From contig CAVXWP010000004.1 in assembly GCA_963765495.1 (NCBI GenBank), forward strand, positions 1 through 64,000: DNA of 64,000 bases. Direction: 5' to 3'. Shown here piece after piece: positions 11,171 through 23,651 of the stretch (positions are counted from its first letter, which is position 1; each line of letters starts with the position of its first letter). The position numbers and the translations under genes are program-made. Source of the stretch: Blastocatellia bacterium. Lineage in GTDB: Bacteria > Acidobacteriota > Blastocatellia > UBA7656. A model generated the notes under the pieces. That model saw only the letters and a list, made by a program, of their open reading frames with translations, made no database searches and was not told the origin of the DNA.

Positions 11171-12511
11171 TCAGACCATTCCCTCCTCGAAAAAGAAACT
11201 CTTTTTACCGAAGGCGGGCTCAAGGTCATCGAGCCACACGGCTTCGGGGTTGTATTTGGCAAAGAACGGGCGCAATACCCAGTCGGGTTGTCGGGCCTGA
11301 AGGAACTGTAGTGTAAGCACTTTCTCGCCGTTCACTTCGCTGACGCCCAAAACCTGTACCTTGCCGGGCGAAGCCGACATGCTCGGGCCACGAACTGTCC
11401 TTCCCAGCCCGCTGACTTTCTGGTATGCCTTGCGGAAGATATCCCACGCTCTTGTAAGCGAAACGCTGAAATAATGTTGAGCGCCCGTGTCTCTGGCAAG
11501 GAACATATAATAGGGGATACACCCGAGACGGACTTGCTCTCTCCACATTCGTATCCATATTGCCGACTCATCATTTATATTGGCCATCAGGGGCGATTGA
11601 GTGCGAATCACCGCGCCGGTATTCTGAATTCTTGCTATCGCTTCCTTTACCGCTTCGGTTTTCAATTCCTGTGGATGATTGAAATGAGCCATTATCGCAA
11701 GGTGTTTGCCGCGTTTGACGACTCGCTCGAATAAATAGAGTAACTCGTCGGCGTCCGGGTCGGTCAGGAACCTGTAGGGCCAGTAGCCTAATGCTTTCGT
11801 GCCAATTCGAATCGTCCTCAGATTGTCTACATCCGCCTCCAGCAGATTGTCTATGTAGGCGGCAAGCGTCCGGGTCTTCATAATGAGCGGGTCGCCGCCC
11901 GTGAACAATACATCGCTCACCTCGGGGTGTTCAAACAGGTAATCAATGAGGCGCTCGGTCTCGCGCATCGCAAACTTCAACTCATTCATCCCGACAAATT
12001 GCGGCCACCGAAAACAGAACGTGCAATAGGCATGACAGGTCTGGCCTTCGCTTGGGAAGAAGAGCACGGTCTCTTTATACTTATGCTGCATGCCCGTAAG
12101 GCGCTCGCCTTCAAAAGTGGGCACGTTATACTTCATCTGCCCGGCCGGGTGCGGGTTCAATTCCAGACGAATCTGGTCGGCTGCTTCTTTTATTGCCTGC
12201 CTGTCCGCTCCGGTCTTTAGCAGTTTCGCCATTCGCTCGAAATGGTGCGGCTTCAGCATGCCTCTCTGCGGAAATGTGAGTATGAAGATGGGGTCATCCG
12301 GCACCCTGCTCCAGTCTATGAGTTCCTCTACAACATAATTATTAGTCCTGAAAGGGAGCACTTGAGCGACTACCTCCATCTCGAATTTCTCTTCATCCGA
12401 CAGCCGTTCGAGTTGAGGAATTTGCCTGAAATTCTTCAGAGTGTAGGGTTTATATTTCGCATCTGGGGGAATGGAAACGAGTGTATCCACACCGAAGTTT
12501 ATGGTTTGCAT
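11171..12511 (-). CDS. KamA-family radical SAM protein (lysine 2,3-aminomutase-like)
   Basis: HKY, CHAYCTFCFR, VLFTGGDPL, HFNHPQE, PYYMF. Confidence 0.9.
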   Translation of the reverse strand: MQTINFGVDTLVSIPPDAKYKPYTLKNFRQIPQLERLSDEEKFEMEVVAQVLPFRTNNYVVEELIDWSRVPDDPIFILTFPQRGMLKPHHFERMAKLLKTGADRQAIKEAADQIRLELNPHPAGQMKYNVPTFEGERLTGMQHKYKETVLFFPSEGQTCHAYCTFCFRWPQFVGMNELKFAMRETERLIDYLFEHPEVSDVLFTGGDPLIMKTRTLAAYIDNLLEADVDNLRTIRIGTKALGYWPYRFLTDPDADELLYLFERVVKRGKHLAIMAHFNHPQELKTEAVKEAIARIQNTGAVIRTQSPLMANINDESAIWIRMWREQVRLGCIPYYMFLARDTGAQHYFSVSLTRAWDIFRKAYQKVSGLGRTVRGPSMSASPGKVQVLGVSEVNGEKVLTLQFLQARQPDWVLRPFFAKYNPEAVWLDDLEPAFGKKSFFFEEGMV

Positions 12512-12906
12512 ACCACCAACCTCCTTTTAATGAATTTGGGAACACCACTGTCCCGATAATTATTTATTTGACTCGTCAGAATTTTCTTTCGAGCGTCTAA
12601 AACAAGCACCAGTGAAACATGAGGTTCACGAGTGCACGGAGGACCATGAAGCGGCCCGTGGCGCTTTTGTGATTTTAAGCACCTGAGTTATTGCAAATGG
12701 TACGGAAAGGTATGGCCGCTAACATGTAGATTTTGGACTATTTCCGGTCAATAATCAAGCCTTATTGAAGTATTTTTAGTATATAAAGGGCAGCGCTATT
12801 CAGGTTTCAAGGATGCAGGATTGGGAAATAGAAATAGGCCGGGACGGATGCGGATCAGGCGGATTTACACGGATCATTTCATGACTTCAAAATAACTGCC
12901 TGCTGT

Positions 12907-14085
12907 CTACTGTCTACTGTCTACTGCGGAGGCCCCTTCGGCAGCGGCGCAGACATAGATTTCAGGCAGGATGTTTGTGGCCTGATTGTAAAGCGTCGAG
13001 ATGATTTGCTTGAATCGCTCGACGCTTTCGGATTCGACAAGATTTATAGTGCAACCCCCAAAACCGCCGCCTGTCATTCGCGCACCATAAACACCTTCGA
13101 CCTGAGAAGCAAGTTCGACCATCAGATCAAGCTCCGGGCAACTCACTTCATAATCATCGCGGAGACTGACGTGTGATTGATTCATCAATTGGCCAAACGC
13201 GTCAAAGTCATTACCCTTGAGCGCCAGCGAGGCTCTGATGACGCGAGCGTTTTCGCTGATCACATGCCGCGCCCGCCGGTATATGATTTCGGGCAACTCG
13301 GTCCCGGCACGCTCAAGATCATCAGGGGTCACATCCCGCAGAGCCCTTATGCCGGGCAGACTCCTCGCAAAATATCGGAGGGCGGCCTCGCATTGCGCGC
13401 GGCGCTCGTTGTATTCGCCACCGGCAAGACGGTGTTTGACCATCGTGTTGCAGATGACGAGTTTCGCATTTTGAGAGAGAGGCAGCATCTCGTATTCGAG
13501 CGACCGGCAATCAAGCAACAACGCCTGATCGGACCTGCCGCAACACGAAATGAATTGATCCATGATTCCGCACTGCGTGCCTACGAACTGGTTCTCAGCG
13601 CGCTGACATAATTTAGCCATTTCTATCGGGTCAATTGAAAAACCTGAGATTGTTGTCAACGCAAGACCTGAGGCTACTTCGATAGCCGCCGAAGAACTCA
13701 AACCCGACCCGATTGGAACATCGCTCTGGATGAGCAGGCAAGCGCCGCGCAGGCGATGCCCTGATTCTTCAAGTGCTATCGCTACGCCCCGGACATAATC
13801 GCTCCAATGTCCCAGGGTTTGAGGCGCCGGATCATCCAGTGGGAATTCCATCTCCTCGGAAAAATCCTCTGACCTGACGACGAGCCTGCGCTCATCAAGA
13901 GGCGCGGCGGCGGCCCAGGCATAGCGGTCTATTGCCGAAGGCATTACGAACCCCTCGTTGTAATCGGTGTGTTCGCCTATCAGATTGACACGCCCGGGCG
14001 CGCGAAACAGGCGCGACTCGCGGGCGTAGATTTCGCGGAACCTGTTCATGATCTTTTCCGATTTTTCCAACCGCTCTTCGATCAT
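12907..14085 (-). CDS. galK: galactokinase
   Basis: APGRVNLIGEHTDYN, GSGLSSSA, GARMTGGGFGG. Confidence 0.96.
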   Translation of the reverse strand: MIEERLEKSEKIMNRFREIYARESRLFRAPGRVNLIGEHTDYNEGFVMPSAIDRYAWAAAAPLDERRLVVRSEDFSEEMEFPLDDPAPQTLGHWSDYVRGVAIALEESGHRLRGACLLIQSDVPIGSGLSSSAAIEVASGLALTTISGFSIDPIEMAKLCQRAENQFVGTQCGIMDQFISCCGRSDQALLLDCRSLEYEMLPLSQNAKLVICNTMVKHRLAGGEYNERRAQCEAALRYFARSLPGIRALRDVTPDDLERAGTELPEIIYRRARHVISENARVIRASLALKGNDFDAFGQLMNQSHVSLRDDYEVSCPELDLMVELASQVEGVYGARMTGGGFGGCTINLVESESVERFKQIISTLYNQATNILPEIYVCAAAEGASAVDSRQ

Positions 14086-14261
14086 ATGCCTTTTTCGCTC
14101 TCCGACATCCGGGCTATTCGCGTGGTTAATCCTTTGTCTGGCATCATCAGTGCCATTCGGTTTTCAAAATGTAAATCGGGAGAATGAAAAATAGGCCGCA
14201 GATGACGCGGCCTATTTCGACTCGCCTTTTAGCAAAGATCACTCGTGGTCGTTGTATTCCT

Positions 14262-16350
<2,089 letters not shown>

Positions 16351-16480
16351 AGTGAGTCGTGATGCGTGAATCGTGAATCGTGATTATGTAAAATAGCTTT
16401 CCTGGTTACACGACGTATTGCCACGTCTCACACATCACGGCACTTAGCTTATCAAGTGGACCGGCAGATCATCAACCTGA

Positions 16481-17479
16481 TTATCCGCCTATGAAAGACA
16501 TAGTGCGCGCCGGTTGAACAAAATCAGGCTCGTTGATGCGGTGGCCGGCCTCTTTTTTGAGTACTGTGGCGATCATGAATTCCGCCAGTTGCTCGCGCGT
16601 ATCGCCGCGCCTTACCAGGTCACGAATGTTGTGGTCTATGAGTGAAAAAAGACAGGTTCGCAGATTGCCGTCAGCCGTCAGTCTGAGCCGCGAGCACGCG
16701 CCGCAGAAAGCCTGTGTAACCGGCGCAATAATCCCAATCTCGCCCGGCGCGTTATCGGCGAATGCGAATTTGAGGGCGGTTTCGCTCAACTGATCGCGCT
16801 CAACCGGCACAAGTTCGTGGCGCTCGCGAATGCGGTCAAGAATTTCACGCCCGCTGACAAGCATCTTTCTATCCCACTGATGCCCGTTATCGAGCGGCAT
16901 GTACTCGATAAATCTAACTGAAACACCGGTCGCTCGCGCAAAATCGGCGAAGTCAGCCACCTCGGAATCGTTCAGGTCGCGTATGACCACGCAGTTGATC
17001 TTGGGCGGCGGGAATCCGGCTTCCACAGCCGCTTCTATGCCATCGAGCACGGATCCGAGCGCATCGCGGCGCGTGATCTCTTTGAAGACTTCGGGCTTCA
17101 AGGAGTCGCAACTGATAGTGAGCCGATTCAATCCCGCCGAACGCAGGGCGCGGGCTCGTTCTTTCAAGCCCACCGCGTTTGTAGTCAATGCAAGGTCACG
17201 CACACCCGGAATCCGCGCCAGGTTCTCTATCAGGAATTCGATGTCGCGACGCACGAGAGGCTCCCCGCCTGTCACTCGCAGTTTTTCAACACCGAGGCCG
17301 ACAGCCGTTTCTGCAATGATGAGAATCTCTTCATAGGTCAGCAGGTCCTGCCTGCGCTTCCATACGATGTCCTCATCCGGGATGCAATAAAAGCAGCGGA
17401 AATTGCAACGGTCAGTGACCGAGATCCGCAGATCGCGAATCACGCGGCCAAATTTATCTTTTAAGGGCGAGTCAGCCAT
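16481..17479 (-). CDS. moaA: GTP 3',8-cyclase
   Basis: LRISVTDRCNFRCFYC, FCGACSRLRLTADG, C-terminal IGG. Confidence 0.96.
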   Translation of the reverse strand: MADSPLKDKFGRVIRDLRISVTDRCNFRCFYCIPDEDIVWKRRQDLLTYEEILIIAETAVGLGVEKLRVTGGEPLVRRDIEFLIENLARIPGVRDLALTTNAVGLKERARALRSAGLNRLTISCDSLKPEVFKEITRRDALGSVLDGIEAAVEAGFPPPKINCVVIRDLNDSEVADFADFARATGVSVRFIEYMPLDNGHQWDRKMLVSGREILDRIRERHELVPVERDQLSETALKFAFADNAPGEIGIIAPVTQAFCGACSRLRLTADGNLRTCLFSLIDHNIRDLVRRGDTREQLAEFMIATVLKKEAGHRINEPDFVQPARTMSFIGG

Positions 17480-17747
17480 ATATTTGAGTCCCTGGCGATA
17501 AGAAGAATTCTAACCTTCAGGCAGAGACGATTCAAGCCGCCTCTCATGAAAGGGCGGAGCGCGACGATTTATTCGGGGACCAGGCTATTGTGATGAAGGT
17601 GGTGTGAAGAGTTGAGCTTTTTAGACAGGAAAAACAGGATTTGATTTGCTTGAACAAGATTCTTGTCATTCCTGTCCGATACTTTCTCGCTCTTTACTCG
17701 TCATGCTTCCCCTTCATTTGTACAAATTTAATAATTTTGATTTAGAT

Positions 17748-17848
17748 AGGAGTTACGCAGTTGAGCCAAGAATCAACGACTTACGGCCAGCACTATCGGT
17801 GATAAGTCCTTTATTTTCAATGAAACCCATTTCAACTGCGTAACTCCT
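17748..17848. mobile_element. MITE-like element A (101 bp)
   Basis: Perfect 17-bp terminal inverted repeats AGGAGTTACGCAGTTGA / TCAACTGCGTAACTCCT; no ORF. Confidence 0.75.
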
Positions 17849-17992
17849 CAGCAATTCTCGGTTTAGAGGAAATCGCACCGGGATATACCACGAAACACAC
17901 TAAATACACGAATAATTCTTCTATTTCGTGTGCTTCGTGTATTTCGTGGTTCACTTCTTGTTAAGACAGAATTTCTAAACCGAGAATTGCTG
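17849..17992. mobile_element. MITE-like element B, copy 1 (144 bp)
   Basis: 19-bp TIR CAGCAATTCTCGGTTTAGA / TCTAAACCGAGAATTGCTG; near-identical copy at 26632. Confidence 0.85.
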
Positions 17993-18314
17993 GTTTATTG
18001 CAGCATTATTCTACGTCTGTTTTGCCATTTGGACGCATCAGACTCTGACATGGCTCATTATCGAATTGGCAGGAGTGGTTATTTACAGCGGTATGGGACT
18101 GACCGGCCTGCGCGGTTCTCTTTGGTGGCTGGTTGCGGGATGGGCATTGCATCCGCTCTGGGACATGGGGCTTCACTACGCAGGGCCGGGACGATCATTC
18201 GCTCCTATTTTAGAATATGTTATCCCATGTCTGAGCTTCGGCCTTGTTGTTGCGGCATACACTGCATATAAGATTGCCCGTGGGGTACATCCAGCAATCA
18301 AGGCAGCTACTTGA
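17993..18314 (+). pseudogene. 5'-truncated membrane protein (DUF6010-like)
   Basis: Frame FIAALFYVCFAIW..IELAGVVIY..LVAGWALHPLWD runs back into MITE B with no proper start. Confidence 0.6.
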
Positions 18315-18432
18315 AAGACCTCTTAATTTTTTCCTTCCAAAAATGCTCAACCAACCCATTGGTTGAGCATCCGATCTATTTTAAGTAAAATTCCGATTCT
18401 TTTAAGGGTCGCTCGCTTGCGGATGATGAATC

Positions 18433-19074
18433 ATGAATCAGAAAGATTTGAAATCAATACAGGCCACCTATGACACTGTCGCCGACGAGTACTCTCGACG
18501 CATCTATGATGAGCTAAATCATAAACCCTTTGACCGCGAACTTTTGAATCGTTTCGCCGACAGAGTCCGGCGATTGGGCCCTGTTTGTGATCTGGGTTGT
18601 GGTCCTGGTCATATTGCTCATTATCTTCACGAGTTAAAGGTGGATGTTTTTGGTATCGACCTTTCAATCGGGATGATCGAGCAAGCCAAAAGGCTGAACC
18701 CTGGCATCGAATTTCAACAAGGTAACATGCTTGCTCTTAAGATAGAGGATGGAGTATTGGGGGGCATAGTTGCCTTTTATTCGATCATCCACATTCCACA
18801 AGATCAAATCCTGAAGGCGCTACGCGAAATGAATAGAACGATGAGAAGTGGAGGCTTGCTGTTGTTGGCTTTCCATGTTGGAGAAGAGGAGATCCATCTT
18901 GAGGAATGGTGGGGGATGAAAGTTGCACTCAAAACCATTTTCCTGAAGTCGTCGGAAGTGAAAGTACTGATGGAGAATGCAGGATTTGAGATTGAAGAGG
19001 TGATTGAAAGAGAGCCCTATGAGGGAGTGGAGTATCCCAGCCAGCGAGGATACATCATTGCAAAGAAGCCATAG
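18433..19074 (+). CDS. class I SAM-dependent methyltransferase
   Basis: VCDLGCGPG, GIDLS, FYSIIH. Confidence 0.9.
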   Translation: MNQKDLKSIQATYDTVADEYSRRIYDELNHKPFDRELLNRFADRVRRLGPVCDLGCGPGHIAHYLHELKVDVFGIDLSIGMIEQAKRLNPGIEFQQGNMLALKIEDGVLGGIVAFYSIIHIPQDQILKALREMNRTMRSGGLLLLAFHVGEEEIHLEEWWGMKVALKTIFLKSSEVKVLMENAGFEIEEVIEREPYEGVEYPSQRGYIIAKKP

Positions 19075-19128
19075 AAGACATAAAGCCAATATCCTGACCC
19101 GATTCCTCGACCCTATAATACGTTGATT

Positions 19129-19179
19129 GCAGAGCCATTCAGTCTTCCAAAATGTAGCATAGGAAAATAGAAATAGGCC
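19129..19179 (+). repeat. dispersed ~50-bp repeat family C (other copies 12790-12840, 14148-14197, inverted at 22584-22633)
   Basis: GCAGAGCCATTCAGTCTTCCAAAATGTAGCATAGGAAAATAGAAATAGGCC and degenerate copies. Confidence 0.75.
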
Positions 19180-19297
19180 GTGACGGGCGCGGATGCGGCG
19201 GATCAACACGGATTTGACCTTAACTGATCTTATCCGCGTAAATCCGTCGCATCCATCGAACCCGTGGCCTATTTCCCCGGACCTCAGCCTCTTTTAC

Positions 19298-22200
19298 TCA
19301 GAAGATGAACCGGAATTGAAGTTGGAACATCCTCGGCGGGTCGATGTTTGCAAACGCCGGGATCGCGTCTGTAATCGCCGGGACCGTCTCCGGGCTTACG
19401 GGCACAAATTGACCAAAAGTCGGGTTCGGCTTGACCGCATCGCCGTACACCGTCTGTCCGCGTCCGAGGAAGTTCCCATGATTGAAGAGATTAAAACCCT
19501 CCAACCTGACCAGGACGGATGTGCCTTCTGACAGCCTTACACGTTCCTCGACGAAGAGCGCCACTTCCGAGGTAGGCGTGCCACGGAACGCCGACCTGCT
19601 GATAACCGCTCCGTTGATTACGGGACGGTCGTTGTTGGAACCGTCACCATTATTGTCGATGCCGGTAGTGGCGTTGAAGGGGCGCGCCGACGCGAGTTGC
19701 GTCACGGTTCCGGCGGTGATGCCAAGCGGGAATCGGTAGTTGAACATTATGACTGCGCGATGCCGCTGATCGAGAACGCTCGGTCCACGCTCTTCCTCGC
19801 CTAGCCGCGAGACTATGTTCTGGTTCGGCCCAATGCCGTTGCCGTCCGGTTCGCTCGTGTTGGTCGCCTTTGAGAGGGTGTAGCTGACCGCTGCATACAT
19901 GCGCGAGATGCCACGGAAACTGACCTGTGTCTGCAATCCGTCATAATCGGCGACGCCGAGGTTTGTCAATACGTTGACCTGACGTACGCCGCCCCTGACC
20001 GGCAGGATTGGACGGGTTAGGTTGGCATCAGCCACGCTTCTGACCTGTCCGGGCGCTGTGCGGTCGAAGGGTGCGGGGGCGTTCAAATCAATCGTGCGAT
20101 CAATGCCGGTCAAGTGCTGATGCACGTAATCGGCTCCGACGAACAACCCCTTTACGACTTCACGCTCCGCGCCGATGGAGATCACCTGGCTCCGTGGGTT
20201 TTCTAACTTGTCTGGATAGTTCGGCAGCAGGTCGAAATTCAGCCCGTACCGCTCGAACTGAGACTGGTAAAAAGCCCGCTGGCCCGCCCTTATCGTGATG
20301 TCGCGCGCCGGCAATTGCGAAGCCGACAGCGTCTTCGGATCAAAGACCAGGGGAAGGCACGATCCCGTCAGGCAGGTCGGGAAGCCAAGTTGCCCCGGAG
20401 TCGCGGTGTAGGTCGTCAATCCGTCCAGCCCGTTCACCAGGTAACCGGCGACCGCATTGGATCGAATCTGCGTGTAGTACATGCCGTAGCCGCCGCGAAT
20501 CGACAGGCGCGAATCACCTCCCGGATTCCAGCCGAAGCCCACGCGCGGCGCGAAGTTCTTCGTCGCGTCGGTCAAGGTCTGACGGTCGTAGCGGAGCCCG
20601 ACATCAACGGTGAGGTCGCTGCGCAGGTGAATGCTGTCCTGTACGAACCCGGTATAGAGCCACTGCGGCAACTCGTAGCTGTTGATCCCGAAGTCTATCG
20701 GCTGCGTGTACTGCTGCACGTCGGCCAGTGTCAACTGGTCGAAGGGGGCCGTCGTCGTGCTCTTGAAGGTGAACGTGCCGAGGATCGCCTGGCCGGGCTC
20801 GCTGCCCGTCCCGCCCGAGGTGTGACGGATTATACTCCCGCCAAAGCGGAGGTAGTGCTTGCCAATCGACCACGACAGCGTGTCTGAGAACTGCGTCTGG
20901 TGGCCAAAAATGTTGGAGGATCGCGACTGTCCAATGGTGAACGGCACAGTCCCACTGCGTGCGTATGTGGTCGAAAGCGTCTGCGCTTCCCATAGCGTGA
21001 CTGGATCGCCATGCAGGTAGGCCAATCGCGCCTCGTTGATAAGGTTTGTGTTGATGGCCAACGTGTGATTGGCCTGAGCCGTCCATGATCTGCGCGAGTA
21101 CCTGCGCGCAACGCTTGGTGCATTCGTGCCGCCCACGGCATCCTGCGGGTTGTCGTCGGAAAACCGATCGACGTTTACTCGCGCCATCAATGTCTGGTTC
21201 GACGTAAGCCTGTGGTCGAGCCGTCCGTCAAAGAGGAACTGGCGGTAATGACCCGTATAGTCGAGGTGACCATCGGCCGGTAACAGGAATTCGGGCAGCG
21301 TCTTTGAGAGGAATGTCGTTCGATCCTGACGTGTGTAGTCGGCTGTTGCGAAGAAGAAGGTCTTATCCTTGATGATCGGCCCGCCGATCGAACCGGAATA
21401 CTGCTTCAGAGCATCCGGGATGTCCACCGCGCTGATAGCCCTGAGCGTGGAGGGCGTGACGCAACTCGGTACGGACGGGGGGCAGAAATTCTTGGTCGAG
21501 AACGACTCCGCCTGCCAGTCACCGGGACGGATCATGAAGAGCCCCTCGCCGTGCAGGTCGTTCGTGCCGGACTTGGTGACGATGTTCAACGCGGGACCGG
21601 AGGTCCAGCCGAATTCAGAAGAAAACGCGTTTGAGAGGATCGTTATTTCCTGGATGGCTCCGAGAGGCACGGTGGCGATCGCTGTCTGGCGGCCCCATCC
21701 TTCATCGTTGTTTGCGCCGTCGAGCGTGACAGTGGTCTGACGGCGTCCACCAACACCCGTTACGAAGTATGTCGCATTTACGAAGAGGTCCCCCGTACCC
21801 TTCGCCTGCCGAAACGCCGAATTGAGGAGCGGCAACGTCGTTACCTTGCGGCCTAGGATCGGCGTCTCGTCGATGATCGGGCTGTCGAGCCGGCGACCGA
21901 TCTGCGGATCTGCACGGACCCCTTCCGTGGTGCCGTAGACGGTGACTTCCGACTTCTGCGAGCCAACCTGGAGCGTCACCTTCAGGGTCGCGGTTTCACC
22001 CGACCGCAGAGTGATATCCTTGAGATCTTCGTCACGAAATCCTTGTCTGGATACGCTGACCGTGTAAGTTCCCATCAGCGACAGCGCCGGAATGGTGGCG
22101 TTTCCATCGCTTCCCGAGACGGCCTCACGCACAGCGCCGGTCGCGGTGTTTACTACCGAAACCTTGGCCTCCTGAACCACCGCGCCGTTTTGATCGACTA

Positions 22201-22312
22201 CGACGACGATCATAGATGCCGTGTTGGGAGACTGCGCGGCGACCGGCAGCGCGCAGTAGGCAAAGAGAGCAAGCATAAGAAGATGCAAGCACAATCGTTT
22301 TTTAGTTGTCAT
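19298..22312 (-). CDS. TonB-dependent receptor with N-terminal carboxypeptidase-regulatory-like domain (Oar-like)
   Basis: Signal peptide, VVDQNGAVV, TLDGANN, NIVTKSGTN, APRVGFGW, C-terminal PRMFQLQFRFIF. Confidence 0.92.
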   Translation of the reverse strand: MTTKKRLCLHLLMLALFAYCALPVAAQSPNTASMIVVVVDQNGAVVQEAKVSVVNTATGAVREAVSGSDGNATIPALSLMGTYTVSVSRQGFRDEDLKDITLRSGETATLKVTLQVGSQKSEVTVYGTTEGVRADPQIGRRLDSPIIDETPILGRKVTTLPLLNSAFRQAKGTGDLFVNATYFVTGVGGRRQTTVTLDGANNDEGWGRQTAIATVPLGAIQEITILSNAFSSEFGWTSGPALNIVTKSGTNDLHGEGLFMIRPGDWQAESFSTKNFCPPSVPSCVTPSTLRAISAVDIPDALKQYSGSIGGPIIKDKTFFFATADYTRQDRTTFLSKTLPEFLLPADGHLDYTGHYRQFLFDGRLDHRLTSNQTLMARVNVDRFSDDNPQDAVGGTNAPSVARRYSRRSWTAQANHTLAINTNLINEARLAYLHGDPVTLWEAQTLSTTYARSGTVPFTIGQSRSSNIFGHQTQFSDTLSWSIGKHYLRFGGSIIRHTSGGTGSEPGQAILGTFTFKSTTTAPFDQLTLADVQQYTQPIDFGINSYELPQWLYTGFVQDSIHLRSDLTVDVGLRYDRQTLTDATKNFAPRVGFGWNPGGDSRLSIRGGYGMYYTQIRSNAVAGYLVNGLDGLTTYTATPGQLGFPTCLTGSCLPLVFDPKTLSASQLPARDITIRAGQRAFYQSQFERYGLNFDLLPNYPDKLENPRSQVISIGAEREVVKGLFVGADYVHQHLTGIDRTIDLNAPAPFDRTAPGQVRSVADANLTRPILPVRGGVRQVNVLTNLGVADYDGLQTQVSFRGISRMYAAVSYTLSKATNTSEPDGNGIGPNQNIVSRLGEEERGPSVLDQRHRAVIMFNYRFPLGITAGTVTQLASARPFNATTGIDNNGDGSNNDRPVINGAVISRSAFRGTPTSEVALFVEERVRLSEGTSVLVRLEGFNLFNHGNFLGRGQTVYGDAVKPNPTFGQFVPVSPETVPAITDAIPAFANIDPPRMFQLQFRFIF

Positions 22313-22463
22313 TTTGATCACCTCTTCCCTTATTCATCTTTTACAGCTTTAATTGAGATTGATGCGAAATAGAATCATTTCAGAGGGAAGATTTTGAGAA
22401 TCGCTCCATTATTATTTTAGACATAAAAGAAAAAAATTTCTTCCATATTTTTTTTCAAAAATC

Positions 22464-22494
22464 AGAAAGCCCGCGAAATTTTCGTGAGCTTTCT
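22464..22494 (-). terminator. hairpin/attenuator upstream of the TonB receptor gene
   Basis: AGAAAGCTCACGAAAATTTCGCGGGCTTTCT followed by GATTTTT on the minus strand. Confidence 0.55.
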
Positions 22495-22583
22495 CCTTAT
22501 AAGTATGAAAAATAAACGGGTTAGCGGTCTTCTTTACTCCCGATGCATCGAGGCATTTAAGGTGGCTGAAATTAGGCCGTGAT

Positions 22584-22633
22584 GGCCTATTTCTATCTCC
22601 TATCCTACATTTTGGAAACTTGAATGGCTCTGC
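22584..22633 (-). repeat. repeat family C, inverted copy
   Basis: Reverse complement GCAGAGCCATTCAAGTTTCCAAAATGTAGGATAGGAGATAGAAATAGGCC. Confidence 0.75.
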
Positions 22634-22718
22634 CTTCTCTTCTTAGCATGAGTTCTCTTTCACCCGTTTACTTGACAATAAAACTCACGTCCTATCCCAT
22701 TTGTCTGGAGGAGACTTT

Positions 22719-23498
22719 ATGCGACATAAAAATCAATCTGGTACAAGAGGGGCTTCCCAGACACAAAGCGGATTTTTTCATACCCTTCTATTAGCAGTTT
22801 TTATCCTCCTGATTGGGGCTGCAACTAATCAAAGGGCGGTTGGCGAATCCGGTTTCCTACAATCCCGCATTGCCCAGGCTTCTATCACTCAAGAGCGAAA
22901 GGCAGATCAGAGCACCTCTGGTGAATTAGATTCGACTACCTCACCTCATAACCAGGACAGAGGGGCGTTTACTTTACCAAAGGCACTGTTGGGGCATTGG
23001 ATTAACCAGGAAAGCAAGTCACGCATGTTCTATAGCCAGGGCATGTATATTTCTGTCTATTCAGGTAAAGCACATGAGGGGAGGTATTCTGTCGAAGAGG
23101 TGAATGAGGGAGAGAATTGGATGCGTATTCAGATATCACCGATTCATTCACGGATATTCACCTTCTCAACAGATAAGACTGAGATCTCTGATATAGCAGA
23201 AATCGCAGGAATCCGGGCAACGAAGGATGAGGCAATAATCTGGACTTACGTCGATGATAGTCAGAAGCCCCCTGGGGCAATTCTAAAGAGCACTGAAGGG
23301 GATGAAGCGGTTTTGGAGGTGATTACAACTCCGGAAAGACCTAAACCAGAATTCTTTAGGGGTGACAGTAGAAGCAAGATTTATTATTGGCGTGGGTGTC
23401 CCGGTTACGAGGAGGTGCCATTACAAAGAAGAGTCTATTTTAGGACTAAGAAAGAGGCGCAAAAGGACGGATACCGAGCGGCAAAGAAATGTCCATGA
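22719..23498 (+). CDS. exported protein with C-terminal Ada metal-binding-like domain
   Basis: TM/signal segment; GDSRSKIYYWRGC..FRTKKEAQKDGYRAAKKCP. Confidence 0.75.
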   Translation: MRHKNQSGTRGASQTQSGFFHTLLLAVFILLIGAATNQRAVGESGFLQSRIAQASITQERKADQSTSGELDSTTSPHNQDRGAFTLPKALLGHWINQESKSRMFYSQGMYISVYSGKAHEGRYSVEEVNEGENWMRIQISPIHSRIFTFSTDKTEISDIAEIAGIRATKDEAIIWTYVDDSQKPPGAILKSTEGDEAVLEVITTPERPKPEFFRGDSRSKIYYWRGCPGYEEVPLQRRVYFRTKKEAQKDGYRAAKKCP

Positions 23499-23651
23499 GT
23501 AAGCCCAGAGCTTTGTAAAATGTAAACCTGGATAACTTCGGTGAGGGCTGGCCGCTCCCAGGTAGAACCGGATACTCAGGGGTCCATCAAGATAGGGGAC
23601 AATTCTGCTAATCGTTATGAACCCTTGATTATCCTGGTTTATCTCCTCAAA

